Assembly: GCF_004010195.1 (NCBI RefSeq)
Contig: NC_057718.1
Location: forward strand, 7,692,785 to 7,725,703
Length of the DNA: 32,919 bases
Source of the DNA: Chiloscyllium plagiosum
Lineage: Eukaryota
Reading direction: 5' to 3'
The notes beneath the pieces are model-generated. The model was not told the DNA's origin, ran no database searches, and was given only the letters and a program-made list of their open reading frames with translations. The stretch's first letter is position 1. Every line of letters begins with the position of its first letter. Shown piece by piece: positions 20,911 to 31,360 of this stretch. The position numbers were made by a program, and so were the translations under genes.

Positions 20911-21181
20911 CGAGGTGAAGTGTAATCGATCCAATCATTGGTTTTTGCTCAGTAACATGGAAATTCAGAGATTACAATAAGAGGTGCCAAACCCAGTCAT
21001 GAACTAATGAAGCCTATTTATCTACTCCTCTGCTTGTACAGATCTGGAGGATGCTATAAAACTAAAGGCCTATTCAAAGGCTTTTGTCTTGCATTCCTCA
21101 AAAGTACAGAACTTCAAACTGAACAGCAATTTACACTGCTTGGGAAAATGGTGCTGGTTGGTTTGACAGCCGACTCTGGTT

Positions 21182-21388
21182 CATAGAATCCCTACAGTGT
21201 GGAAACAGGCCATTTGGCCCGTTGAGCCCATCCCTGTAACCCTGCATTTCCCATCGCCAATCCACCTAACCTGTACATCTTTGGACCATGGAAGGAAATC
21301 AGAGCACCTGCCCAGACTCAGGGAGAACGTGCAAACTCCATACAGACAGTCACCCGCGGGTGGAATCAAACCAGGGTCCCTGCTGCTC
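21182..21388 (-). mobile_element. internally deleted HE1-type SINE
   Basis: Reverse complement matches the 12530-12790 motifs. Confidence 0.75.
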
Positions 21389-21497
21389 ACTCTGGGTTTG
21401 GTTACAGTTTTGTTATGGTGGAACATGTGCCAAGGAACTGTTGTCATCCATCCTTGGTTTATTCTTGTTTGTAAAAGTCACAATGTTAAGACTGGAT

Positions 21498-21655
21498 GAC
21501 ACAGGAGTAGAATTAGGCCGTTCAGCCCATCGAGTCTGTTCTGCCATTCAGTGAGATCGTGGCTGATCTGACAATCCTCATCTCCACTTTTCTGCCTTTT
21601 CTCCATAACCCTTGATTCCCTTCCTGATTAGAAATCTGGGTGAGCCTCAGCCTTG
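21498..21655 (-). mobile_element. CR1-type LINE 3' tail
   Basis: caggagtag..aggccgttcagcccatcgagtctgttctgccattca. Confidence 0.7.
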
Positions 21656-21783
21656 CAATGGAATACTGGTTTATTTAGCTTGATAAAATATCACAGAGGT
21701 GGTTCTGGACGTTTGTTAGACTGGCAGTTGTTTAAACTGGTGTCCCCCTCAGGGGTCATTCTGGATACATCATTATATTGTTT

Positions 21784-21912
21784 GAAATCAGAAGCAAAAG
21801 ACAGAAAATGCTGGAGAAACACAGCAGGTCTAGCAGTAACTGTGGAGAGAGAAACAGAGTTAGCATTTCAAATCTAGTATGGCCCTTCTTCAGAGCTGAA
21901 CTTTCTTCAGAA
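21784..21912 (-). mobile_element. decayed Penelope-like terminus (related to 7785-8493)
   Basis: acagaaaatgctggagaaacacagcaggtctagcag..gagagagaaacagagtt..cccttcttcagagc. Confidence 0.55.
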
Positions 21913-21952
21913 TGTAAAGTTTGCAACGGCCTAGTCATATTATCACTGGATT

Positions 21953-22279
21953 GCGCCACAGGCCCGGGTTCGATTCCAGCCTTGGGTGACTGTCTGTGTG
22001 GAATTTGCACATTCTCCCTGTCTCTGAGTGGGCTTCCTCCGGGTGCTCCGGTTTCCTCCCACAGTCCAAAGATGTGCAGGTTAGGTGAATTGGCCATGCT
22101 AAATTGCCTGTAGTGTTCAGGGATGTGTAGGCTAGGTGGGTAAGCCATGGGGAAATGCAGGGTGATGGGAATTGGGTCGGTGGTGGTGAGTCTGTGTTGG
22201 ATGCTCTTCAGAGGGTCGGTGTGGACTTGTTGGGCTGAATGGCCTGTTTCCACACTGTAGCATTTCAATGATTCTATGA
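21953..22279 (+). mobile_element. HE1-type SINE nested in the head of a 4448-type SINE (21927-21952 and 22280-22562)
   Basis: gggttcgattccagcc..V-domain-like body..gattctatgat tail; the host resumes with gtttgaattctgccacagca..ggaatttgaattcaataaaa. Confidence 0.85.
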
Positions 22280-23420
22280 TCCGTTTGAATTCTGCCACAG
22301 CAAATGATGGAATTTGAATTCAATAAAAATCTGGAACTAAGGATCTAATGATGACCATGCATCGATTGTCAGAGAAAAACGCACCTGGGTCAGTAATGTC
22401 CTTCAGGAAAGAAAACTGCATTCCTTATCTGGTCTGGCCTACATGTGACTCCAGACCCACAGCGATGTGGTTGACTCTTAAACTGCCCTCTGGGCAATTA
22501 GGGATGGGCAATAAATGCTGCCTCCCCAGTGACGCCCTCATCCTGTGAATGAATTCAAGAAGAATTTGATTGAAAACTCACCTGTGTCAATGGTGGTGTG
22601 ATTAACATCAGGAGGGCTGCTCCTATAAAGTTCAGGTTTAGAGAGAGAGAGGTGGTGACATTTGAGGGGGTTGCAGAGATGGTGAGGCGCCAAAGGGATT
22701 TGATCAAGGTTTTTAAAATCAAGGTGTTGCTTAACTGGAAGGCACTTTAACTCAGGGAGTGCAGGAGGGTCAGTTGATTTTGAGTGTTTTACCTCACCTC
22801 CAGTTCACAGAGAGGAGTGAGCCAAGGAGCACAGGGATAGACTGGTCACAAAGTGCCCTCTGTAAGTGAATGTTGTTATTATTATCTCAGACCCCTGGCA
22901 TGGGTCCACAAGGCGGCCATGTTTGTATCCAGTGGTGAGACAGGCGCAGTGGCCTACTCTTGCCCCTATCTCCGATGTGCAGCTTTAGTGTAGAATGTAG
23001 CCTCACCCCCACAGAGCCGCCATTTCAGAACGGAAAGAGGCTCCAACAGAGCGTCCTGTGGAGATTGACTGACCCACGGAATGGCTCCTCATAGTTGCCA
23101 CTTCACTTTCGCTTTTCCCAGCATCTGTATTTCTGTTCATTTTAGCTCGTGCCTGCAGCATAGAATCCTTCTGCAGGCCTCACCATCCCCGTAACCCCCT
23201 CAAATGTCACCACCTCTGTCTCTCTAAACCTGGTCTTTATAGTAGGTTAATCACACTACCATTGACACACGTGAGTTTTCAATCAAATTCTTTTTGAATT
23301 CAATCACAGGATGAGGGCATCACTGTGATGTGGAATGAGTTCCAAAAAAAATAGATTAACAAACAGCAGTGGGAGATTGAGGGGCTGAATGGCCTAATTG
23401 TTTTCTTCTTACTCCTCCCA

Positions 23421-23482
23421 GTCAGGGATTTGAACCCAGTATCTTCAGAGTCTGAGGTGGGTGTGCTACCACTGAGCTGCAG
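23421..23482 (-). mobile_element. tRNA-like SINE head
   Basis: Minus strand gcagctcagtggtagcac..ctgggttcaaatccc. Confidence 0.5.
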
Positions 23483-23589
23483 CATACAGCCTGTAGTCCC
23501 AACATCAATGCATTCAGTAACACTAGAATCAATGGGATCTTTCTTTTTATTAATGTATTTTTCTTTTGCTTTCCCCCCCCCCCTTGTAG

Positions 23590-24162
23590 GAAGCTGCTGT
23601 TAGAGACTCTGAAGGACATTGTAAATCTGGTGTAGGGGACAGAGCGAGTGGGTTACGGATTTACACCCCCCTTTCGAGAATCAGGTAGGCCTCAGTCCCA
23701 GAGGAATGTGAAGTGGAGACGGAGGCACGAGTAGGAGGGTGGCGGCACCTGACATCTTCTTGTGCCCATTGAGAAGGCGGGCTCCGTTACCATGGAGAGG
23801 ACCAAGCGACTGAGAGTGACCGCTTACCGTGGCCCTGCCGCACACACAGCGGGAAAGACGGCGTGACTCCCGTCCGGAGAAGGAGGTCACCTTTGGTCCA
23901 GGAGAAAGACTAAGAGAGCGGGGGAGGGGGCAGAAGCTTGGCGTCCTAGCGTGAGGGATTCAGTGAGTGACAAGCCCTCTCCAGTTTGATGCTCAGTGAC
24001 GACCTCTGGCGGTGAGTGACCTGAAGAGGCAGCAGTTGTTTGAGCCCCATGCCGGCAGCGATCAGCCGATGGCAGCACTGGGAGACCGAGCCGAGCTTTA
24101 GATGCAGTTGACGGTTGCCTCAGCAACGAAGCCCCGGCACTTAGCGACCGTCCTGACCGGAA
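23590..24162 (+). other. 5'UTR portion of the giant HIVEP exon
   Basis: Long polypyrimidine tract (~23540-23585) ending in tgtAG (23588-23589), followed by a switch to repeat-free GC/CpG-rich sequence. An in-frame stop at 24109-24111 precedes the ATG. Confidence 0.75.
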
Positions 24163-27100
24163 ATGGAGCCGAAACGCGCGATGCTGGGCGCGGCTGAGGA
24201 CAGCGGCGCCCCCGGCCCAGTCCAACGGGACACCCCCCGGTTACAGCCCAGCGTTTTCCCTGAGCCGGGGGCTCAGAGGCTGGCGCCGGACCCCCAGGGC
24301 CCAGTTGGTGGGACAGGGCCTTACTACCACTCTGAACTTCAGCTTCCCGCTGAGGCTCCTCGTCAGGCCCAGTCACGGCAACTCCTGGGCGGCCCCTACC
24401 ACCACCACCACCACCACCACTACGCACCCCGTCCCTTCCCACATTTCCAGCGCCGGCCTGACCCCCGGGGATACCCCACTCCGGAGGCAGGAGCTGGGGT
24501 GGAGGGGCGACCCTGGCCCTTCGGTCGCCCCCTGGAAGCCACACCTCCCGAGGCCTTCCTGCCCCTCCAGCACCGGTCCCGTCAGCTAGGCAAGGCCCCC
24601 AGCCCGGCCTGCTACCGCCACTACCCCCAGGCTGTGCCCGGACCCCGAGATGAGGCCCTGAGGAGGGACAAGAAGCCCAAGAAGCCGGGCAAACACATCT
24701 GCCAGTACTGTGGGCGAGCATGTGCCAAGCCCAGTGTCCTCAAGAAGCACATCCGTTCCCACACGGGCGAGAGACCCTATCCCTGCGCCCCCTGTGGTTT
24801 CTCCTTCAAGACCAAGAGCAACCTCTACAAGCACCGCAAGTCCCATGCCCACGCCATCAAGGCCGGTCTACTCTCCGCCGAGGCTGAGGCAGAGCCCAGC
24901 TGCCGCTCGGACACAGAGCCTCTGGGAGGGGGCGAGGAGGCCGGGCTGCACTCCGATGCCGACGAGAGCACAGACACAGACGAGGAGCTCTGCCCTGGCA
25001 AGAGGCTGTCCCAGCCGGAATCGCCGGAACCAGAGGTGGCCGAAGCTGGCAATCCCATCCTGCAACGTTCCCTGAGGGTGTCTCAGAAATACAGCTCGGA
25101 CTCTGAGGTGCTCAGTGAGGAGTCGCCTGCCGGGCCCATGAAGGTGCCCATTCTCATCGTCCCCAAGTGCGGCCTCCAGGCACAGGCTGAGGGCCCGCCA
25201 GCCTACGTCAAAACAGAAGCTTGCCCCAGCCCCCCTGTCATGGTCTGGAAGTACGGGGGGCCGCATACCATCAAGCAGAGGCTGGCCCTGCGGCTGAACG
25301 AGAAGCGAGGCCAGGACAGTGAGCAGTCCGTTAACTTGCTGAGCCCCCACAGCAAGGGCAGCACCGATTCGGGCTACTTCTCCCGATCGGAGAGTGCTGA
25401 GCAGCAGGTCAGTCCCCCCAACACCAACGCCAAGTCCTACGCCGAGATCATCTTCGGCAAGTTTGCTAGGCTGGCCCCCAGGCCCATGGCGGTCAACGTG
25501 GCATTGCAGGAGCCCCCTCCGATGGCCTGCAAGGACAAGGCCGGCTTGGTGGCAATCCCTGGAGACAAGCCTGACCTGGAGAAGTTCATCGAGGAGCACA
25601 TCTTGCAGCTCATAAGCCACAACAACGTCTTGGTGGACCCCAGTCAACTAGACCCTGTCAAGCCACGAAGGTTCACCTGTTACCGGGGAGATGGCGGTGA
25701 GTTGCGGAAGCATCCAATGGCGCTGGGGGAGGCAGTCAGCGAGGCCAGGGCCTTCTCTGAGGAGTCACTGGGCCCGAGTGCAATGGACTGCTTTGTGCCG
25801 TCAGAGAAGGAGCTCTTGGGTATCCCGCCAGACACGGCGGACAGTGCCACGTTAACCCGGAGCAACTCCATGCCCATATCCTCCGGGAATGGCCTGGGAG
25901 TCCCCCAGGTGCTGAGGGGGAGCCACTCCTTCGACGAGAGGATGACGGGCTCGGATGATGTGTTCCACGCCGGCTCTGCCCTGCTGCCGCACCAGCGCAT
26001 GCTGAAACGCCAGACGGCCATCGAGCTGTTCTCTGGTCTCGAGGGCCACGCCCCGGGGAGTTGCGGGCACGACGACGGGGAGCAAGGGCCTGGGACCTTC
26101 CCCAGGGGATCTCCAGCCGCCACGGGAGCCACCAAGACAGAAGAAGGGGAGTTGGCCGAGGGAGGTGACCCATCGCTGCTGGTGATGAAAGCCCAGAAGG
26201 GAGTGGGCACGGTGTACGAGTGCGAAATCTGCGGCGTCAAGTACCAGATTTGGGACAACTTTGAGGCCCACAGGAAGTTCTACTGCTCGCACGGGCCGCG
26301 TGCCAAGTGTGGAGCGCCCAAACCCCTTGGCGAGGGTGGGCTGGAGTTATCTCAGACCACGGTCTACAAGGCTGGCCCGGTGCTGGAAAACTTACCATTC
26401 AGGAAACGAAGGAAAGAAAAGAGTGTTGGGGATGAGGAGGACATCCCCGGTCGCTATGGAGGCCCGTACGGAGGCCTGACCTGGTCACCCCCCTCAGGGG
26501 CTGAGCCCAAAGCTGAGGGGAATCCCCTCACCGATCAGGAACCAGTCCCCAGAACTGTCTCCGTGTCGACCATGACCACCTCAGGTTTCTTCGGCCTGCC
26601 AAGGGAGCCGGTCGCCGTGGCAACGGCAGAGGAGAGCGAGCCGCAGGCAATGGAGGATTCGCCAGGGGGGCAGGGCCTGGGCAAGCAGGATGGAGGCCGG
26701 AGGGGGACAGGCAACGAGATCTCCGTCATCCAGCACACCAACTCGCTGAGCTGGCCAGGCTCCTTCGAGCGGTCTGAGTCCATGGAGCTGCTTTCCGGTC
26801 CTGGGGGGCCCGACCCCTCCCCCGAGGTGGGGATGGGGGTGGGTCAGCACCCGCCAGCTGAGGTGGGAGAGCTCCAGGCCGGCCCACAGCCCCAGCCGAC
26901 GCCCAAGCTGGTGCGCCAACACAATATCCAGGTGCCGGAGATCCGGGTGACAGAGGAACCGGACAAACCGGAGAAGGAGCCGGACGAGGCCCCCGTCAAG
27001 GAGGCCGAGAAGGTGCCCGAGGAGTTCCAGTGGCCGCAGCGGAGCGAAACGCTGTCCCAGCTGCCCGCCGAGAAACTACCACCCAAGAAGAAGAGGCTGC

Positions 27101-29103
27101 GCCTCGCCGAGCTGCAGTACTCATCCGGGGAGTCGAGCCTGGAGTCCGGTACGCTGTCCCGGAGTCTGAGCCAGGACAGCAACTGGTCGCACAGCTCCAG
27201 CTTCTCACTCTCGCTGGAGAGAGACGAGGGCCCGAAGCCTGGGACCTCGGGCAGGCCGGAGACGGCCGAGTATCTGACGGTGCCCTACGTGGTCAACAGC
27301 CCGGGCCTATTGGGCCAACAGCAGCAGCAGGAGCAGCAGCAGCAGAAGGAGATGAGGCGTTCGGCTTCAGAGCAGGCCCCGTGCCAGCCCTATCTGGAGA
27401 TGGTGGAGACCCGCAGCAAGTCCTTCGACTATGGCAACCTGTCGGGAGGCCCTGGGGGGGCTGGGCCCCGCTGTGGGCCTGCTCCCGCCTCCTCCCCCGC
27501 TGTCAGGGAGAGGAGACGGTGCTTCCTGGTGCGCCAGGCTTCCCTCGGACAGTACTCAGAGAATTCCCAGCCGGAGCACGGGCTGGAGCTGGGCGAGCCG
27601 ATGCAGGTCTCCGGTCACCAGGCGTGCGGGCCCGCCCTCCCGACCCGGGGACCTCGACACCGCCCGGCCTCACCCACCGACCGTCCCTGTGACGCCCCTT
27701 ACCCTCCCCTCGACTTCCACCAGCCCTGGCAGCTCTACCAGCCGCCCCCGCCCTTCCCTGCCCCCGGCTCCGAGCCCTATCCCCCCACCGCGCAGTGGCC
27801 AGCGGTTCCCCTGCAGCTCCCGTGCCCCTCTCTCCCCCCCGGCGAGGCCTACCCCGGTCAGCCAGTGGAGAGGCGCCCTCAGGCCCGGCCGGGCTGGGGG
27901 GACAAGGAGCAGCCTTGCCCCTCGCCCCGGGCCTCCCCTCAGCACTCCCCCGGACGCCGGGCCCACGCCCCCACCCCACGCTCCAGCCGCACCCCTCCCT
28001 CCCTGCTGGTGCCCGTCAGGATTCAGGCCAACATGCCCATCTACGGCAGTGTCATGTACACCAGCGTCTCCCACGCTTCAGGAGGCACCCGCGGGCCGCT
28101 CAGCCACAGCCCTGGCCTGGTCATCTGCAAGGTGGAGGGCCGTTCGCCCGCCCAGGAGCCGGGTGGGGTAGGAGGAGCGCAGTGCGCCCCCTGGGGGCTG
28201 CCCACACCCTCGGCGACAGCAACAGCGGCGGGCACGGCCGGAGAAGTGTCGGTGCCCCTCACCGTGGGCCTGGTGAGCTCGGACGGGGGAACATCCATCG
28301 GGGGCAGCAAGCGCATGCTCTCCCCCGCCAGCAGCCTGGAGCTCTCCGTGGAGACCCAGCAGCAGAAGCGGGTCAAGGAGGAGAAGATCTGCGGGCAGAT
28401 GCTGGAGAAGCTCAGCCTGCGGGAGTCCGGCACCCCCAGCACGCCTGCCAATGCCAAGGCGGCCAAGCCGCAGCTGGTGCGCCAGTTCTGCACCACCGGT
28501 GAGGCGAGGGAAGGCCAACCGTCACCCTCTGGCTCCTCCCCGCGATGGCACGGCCCTCAGAGCCTGGAGTCCGCCCCCTCCGAGGAGCGCCTGTCGCTTG
28601 GCCAATGCAGCGACATGGAGTCCCTGGAGAGCCTTGAGGTGGAGAGTCCGCAGAGAGGGCCGCCATCGCCTGGCGACCTCCCCTCGGAGCCCCCGCCCCT
28701 GCTGCCCCCTCAGCACAAGTTCCCCATCAGCATGCTCCTCCAGGTGCCCGTCAGCCAGGGGGGCACGGTGGTGGGTGGCACCGTGCTCCTCTCGGACGTG
28801 TCTGACCTCCAGCAGTTCCTGCAGTTCCCCAGCCTCCGCACCTCCACCAGCGTCAGCTGGTGCTTCCTGAACTACACCAAACCCAACCCGACCCGGCACA
28901 TGGCCCCCAAGCTCTCCATGTACGCCACCTGGTGCATCAGCTCGTACAACCCCAACCCCCCGGGCACTGCCACGAAGGTGGCCCTGGCCCTCCTCAGGTC
29001 CAAGCAGAAGGCAGCCAAAGAGATCTACATCATGTCTGCTCTGAACTGGCCCAGTTCGGGAAAGCTGGTGGCCTCCAGCGGCTGGAAGCAGAGAATAGCC
29101 CAG
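24163..29103 (+). CDS. HIVEP3: HIVEP/Schnurri (ZAS family) zinc-finger transcription factor, coding part of the giant first coding exon (1647 codons, phase-0 end)
   Basis: The ORF contains the ZAS-N C2H2 pair (ICQYCGRACAKPSVLKKHIRSHTGERPYPCAPCGFSFKTKSNLYKHRKSHAH), SKGSTDSGYFSRSESAEQQVSPPNTNAKSYAEIIFGK, a lone CCHC finger, EEFQWPQRSETLSQLPAEKLPPKKKRLRL and FPSLRTSTSVSWCFLNYTKPNP. The ATG is in good context (ggaaATGg). The donor CAG|GTGAGG at 29103/29104 means the ORF-track tail to 29145 is intron read-through. The family call is firm; the paralog choice (3 vs 2) is only about 0.6. Confidence 0.95.
24400..24420 (+). repeat. coding (CAC)7 microsatellite, poly-His
   Basis: tac (cac)7 tac in frame. 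Confidence 0.95.
24694..24852 (+). other. ZAS-N tandem C2H2 zinc-finger pair (kappaB-motif binding in HIVEP proteins)
   Basis: CQYC..HIRSH-TGERPY-PCAPC..HRKSHAH with the canonical TGERPY linker. Confidence 0.95.
26215..26286 (+). other. isolated CCHC (HIVEP-type) zinc finger
   Basis: YECEICGVKYQIWDNFEAHRKFYC: C-x2-C-x12-H-x4-C. Confidence 0.85.
27316..27345 (+). repeat. coding CAG repeat, QQQQQEQQQQ
   Basis: caa (cag)4 gag (cag)4 in frame. Confidence 0.95.
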
Positions 29104-29205
29104 GTGAGGATCGGCCAGATGTGGATCACCTTGACAGCGTTGTAGGGCTGTTTCAAATCAGTTAGAACCAAGCTAATCAGAGAGACCAGACTAATTGGGA
29201 AGTCG

Positions 29206-29776
29206 TTGCCTCATAGCATCAGGGACCCAGGTTCAATACCAGCCTCGGGCGACTGTCTGTGTGGAGTTTGCAAGTTCTCCTCGTGTCTGCGTGGGTTTCC
29301 TCCGGGTGCTCCCGTTTCCTCCTACGGTCCAACTATGTGCAGGTTAGGGTGGGTTGGCCATGCTAAATTGCCCATAATGTTCAGGGATGTGCAGGTTGGG
29401 TGAATTGGCCATGGTAAACTGCCCATAGTGTTCAGGGATGTGCAGGTTGGGTGAATTGGCCATGCTAAACTGCCCATAGTGTTCAGTGATGTGCAGGTTG
29501 GGTGAATTAGTCAGGGATAAATGTAGAGTAATCGGATACGAATATGTCTCTGGGTGGGATACTCTTCGGAGGGTTGGTGTGGACTTGTTGGGCCAATTGA
29601 CCTGTTTCCACACTGTAGGGATTCCCTCTGATTCTCTGTCCAGGAATGTGCAGGTTATGTGAGCTAGCCATGGGGAATGCAAGGATAGGGTGGGTAGGTC
29701 TGGCTGGGATACTCTTTGGAGGATCAAGCGGAACTGATGGGCTGAATGGCCTGTTTCAACACTGTAGGGATTCTAT
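29206..29776 (+). mobile_element. HE1-type SINE with internal 51-bp tandem amplification and a second 3' half
   Basis: Head at 29206; units start at 29335, 29387, 29438 and 29489; tails end at ~29625 and ~29776. Confidence 0.85.
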
Positions 29777-30065
29777 AAAAACTCTTCTGGTTCACTAATG
29801 TCCTTTAGGGAAGGAAACTGTCATCCTTACCTGGTCTGACCTGGGGTGGATGGTTGGGGGGGGGGTCGCAGTCTTCGGGTGTTGTTAGGTCATTCAGGAC
29901 TGAGAGGGGGGAACCCATGGAATTTGCTGCCACAGAGAGTGGTTGAGGCAAAAACAGAATGTTTTCACAAAGGGGTTAAATGCGAAAGGGATCTAAAGGT
30001 CTGGAGGAGAAAGCAATGATCAGCCATGATCCTGTTGAATGACTCTATAACTGCTGCCAGACCGA

Positions 30066-30660
30066 GAGAACAAAAGCAGTACAGCACAGGAACAGGCCCT
30101 TCGGCCCTCCACGCCTGTCCCAATCATTGTGTCCTCACTAAACTAACAAACAAACCTCCCTGCCCATATGCAGTTTGTCTCCTTCTATTCCCTTCCTATT
30201 CATGGAGCCATCTGGGATGTTACCAATGTGCCTGCTTCCACCACCTCTTCAGACGGTGCATGCCAGGGCCCTACCACTCTCTGCTTGAAATACTTCCCTC
30301 TCACATCACCCTTGAATTTTCCCCTCTCACCTTGAACCTGTTCCCCCCTTGTAATTGAAACTTCAACCCTGGGGAAAAAGCCTATGACTATCCACCCTAC
30401 CCATGCCTCTTCTAATGGTGTGGACCTCTGTCAGGTCTCCTTTCAGCCACCATCATTCCAGTGAAAAGAATCCTCATTTTTTTAACCTTCCCCTCATGGC
30501 CAATACCCTCGAGACCAGGCAACATCCTGGTGAACCTTCTCTTCCACGTCACTCTCCCCTCGCCCTTCTCTTCCACGCCCTTCTGGTAGTGTGGCGACCA
30601 AAATACTGCAGACCATACTCCAAATGCGGCCTATTATGGCTGCAACATGGTCTATCAACT
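30066..30660 (-). mobile_element. CR1-type LINE 3' fragment
   Basis: cagcacaggaacaggcccttcggccc tail; colinear with 19685-20184. Confidence 0.8.
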
Positions 30661-30799
30661 CTTGTATTGCTGATGAAAGCAAGTGTGCCATGTTCGTCAC
30701 CTTGGGGCCACCCTCATGCCTGGTTTGCAGGGGCTTAGTCTGCAGGGACAACAAGGTGTCAGGAAAACCAATAGATCTTTCTGTGTATTGTGAGGGCAA

Positions 30800-31360
30800 T
30801 TGAATGTAAAAGTATGGAGGTTATGCTTCCATAATGCATAGCATTGGTGAGCGTGTACCTGGAGTACAGAGTGTGGTACTGATCACTGTACTGCCAGGAG
30901 GATGTTAATGCATTGGCAGCGGTTCAAAGACGCTTTACTCGACTAATCCCTGGAATGAGTTGATTGCGATATGAGGAAAGGCTGGGCCTGTATCCTCTGG
31001 AGCTTAGAAGAGTGAGAGGTGAACTAAATGAAACATATGAGATCCTGAGGGGACTTGGCCGGGTGGCTGTGGAAAGGATGTTTCCTTTTGTGGGAGAATC
31101 CAGAACGAATGGTGGTGGGGGGGTTAAAGTTTAAGAATAAAAGGTTGCCCACTTAAGATGAAGTTGAGAGAACATTCTTTTCTCTCAGAATTCCCTTCCT
31201 CTAAAGGCCGTGGGAGCAGAGCCTTTAAATATTTTAAGGCAGAGGGAGATAGATTCTTGATGACCAAGGAGGGGGTGGGGGAGGAGGAATGGAGAGTTGA
31301 GGTGAGCCATGATCTTGTTGAATGGCGGAGTGGGCTGGAAAGGCTGAGTGGCCTACTCTT
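30800..31360 (+). mobile_element. decayed CR1-type LINE 3' fragment
   Basis: cctggagtacagagtgtggt..gagcttagaagagtgagaggtga..ggctgagtggcctactc. Confidence 0.75.

Noticed and set aside
164..22548. Short ORFs upstream of the gene, including RT-like ones at 15699-16186
   Set aside because: Most map to decayed, frameshifted CR1/SINE/Penelope fragments and the rest show no recognisable domain; no intact autonomous element or host gene.
29104..29145. C-terminal VRIGQMWITLTAL* of the 1660-aa ORF
   Set aside because: Lies past a consensus donor; HIVEP similarity resumes at 31712.
23681..29165. Many 60-260 aa antisense and alternate-frame ORFs overlapping the HIVEP exon
   Set aside because: Expected shadows of a GC-rich coding exon depleted of stop codons; no recognisable domains.
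29335..29508. Regularly spaced repeats resembling a CRISPR array (also 16463-16536)
   Set aside because: Head-to-tail units with no unique spacers, derived from retroelements, eukaryotic context, no cas genes.
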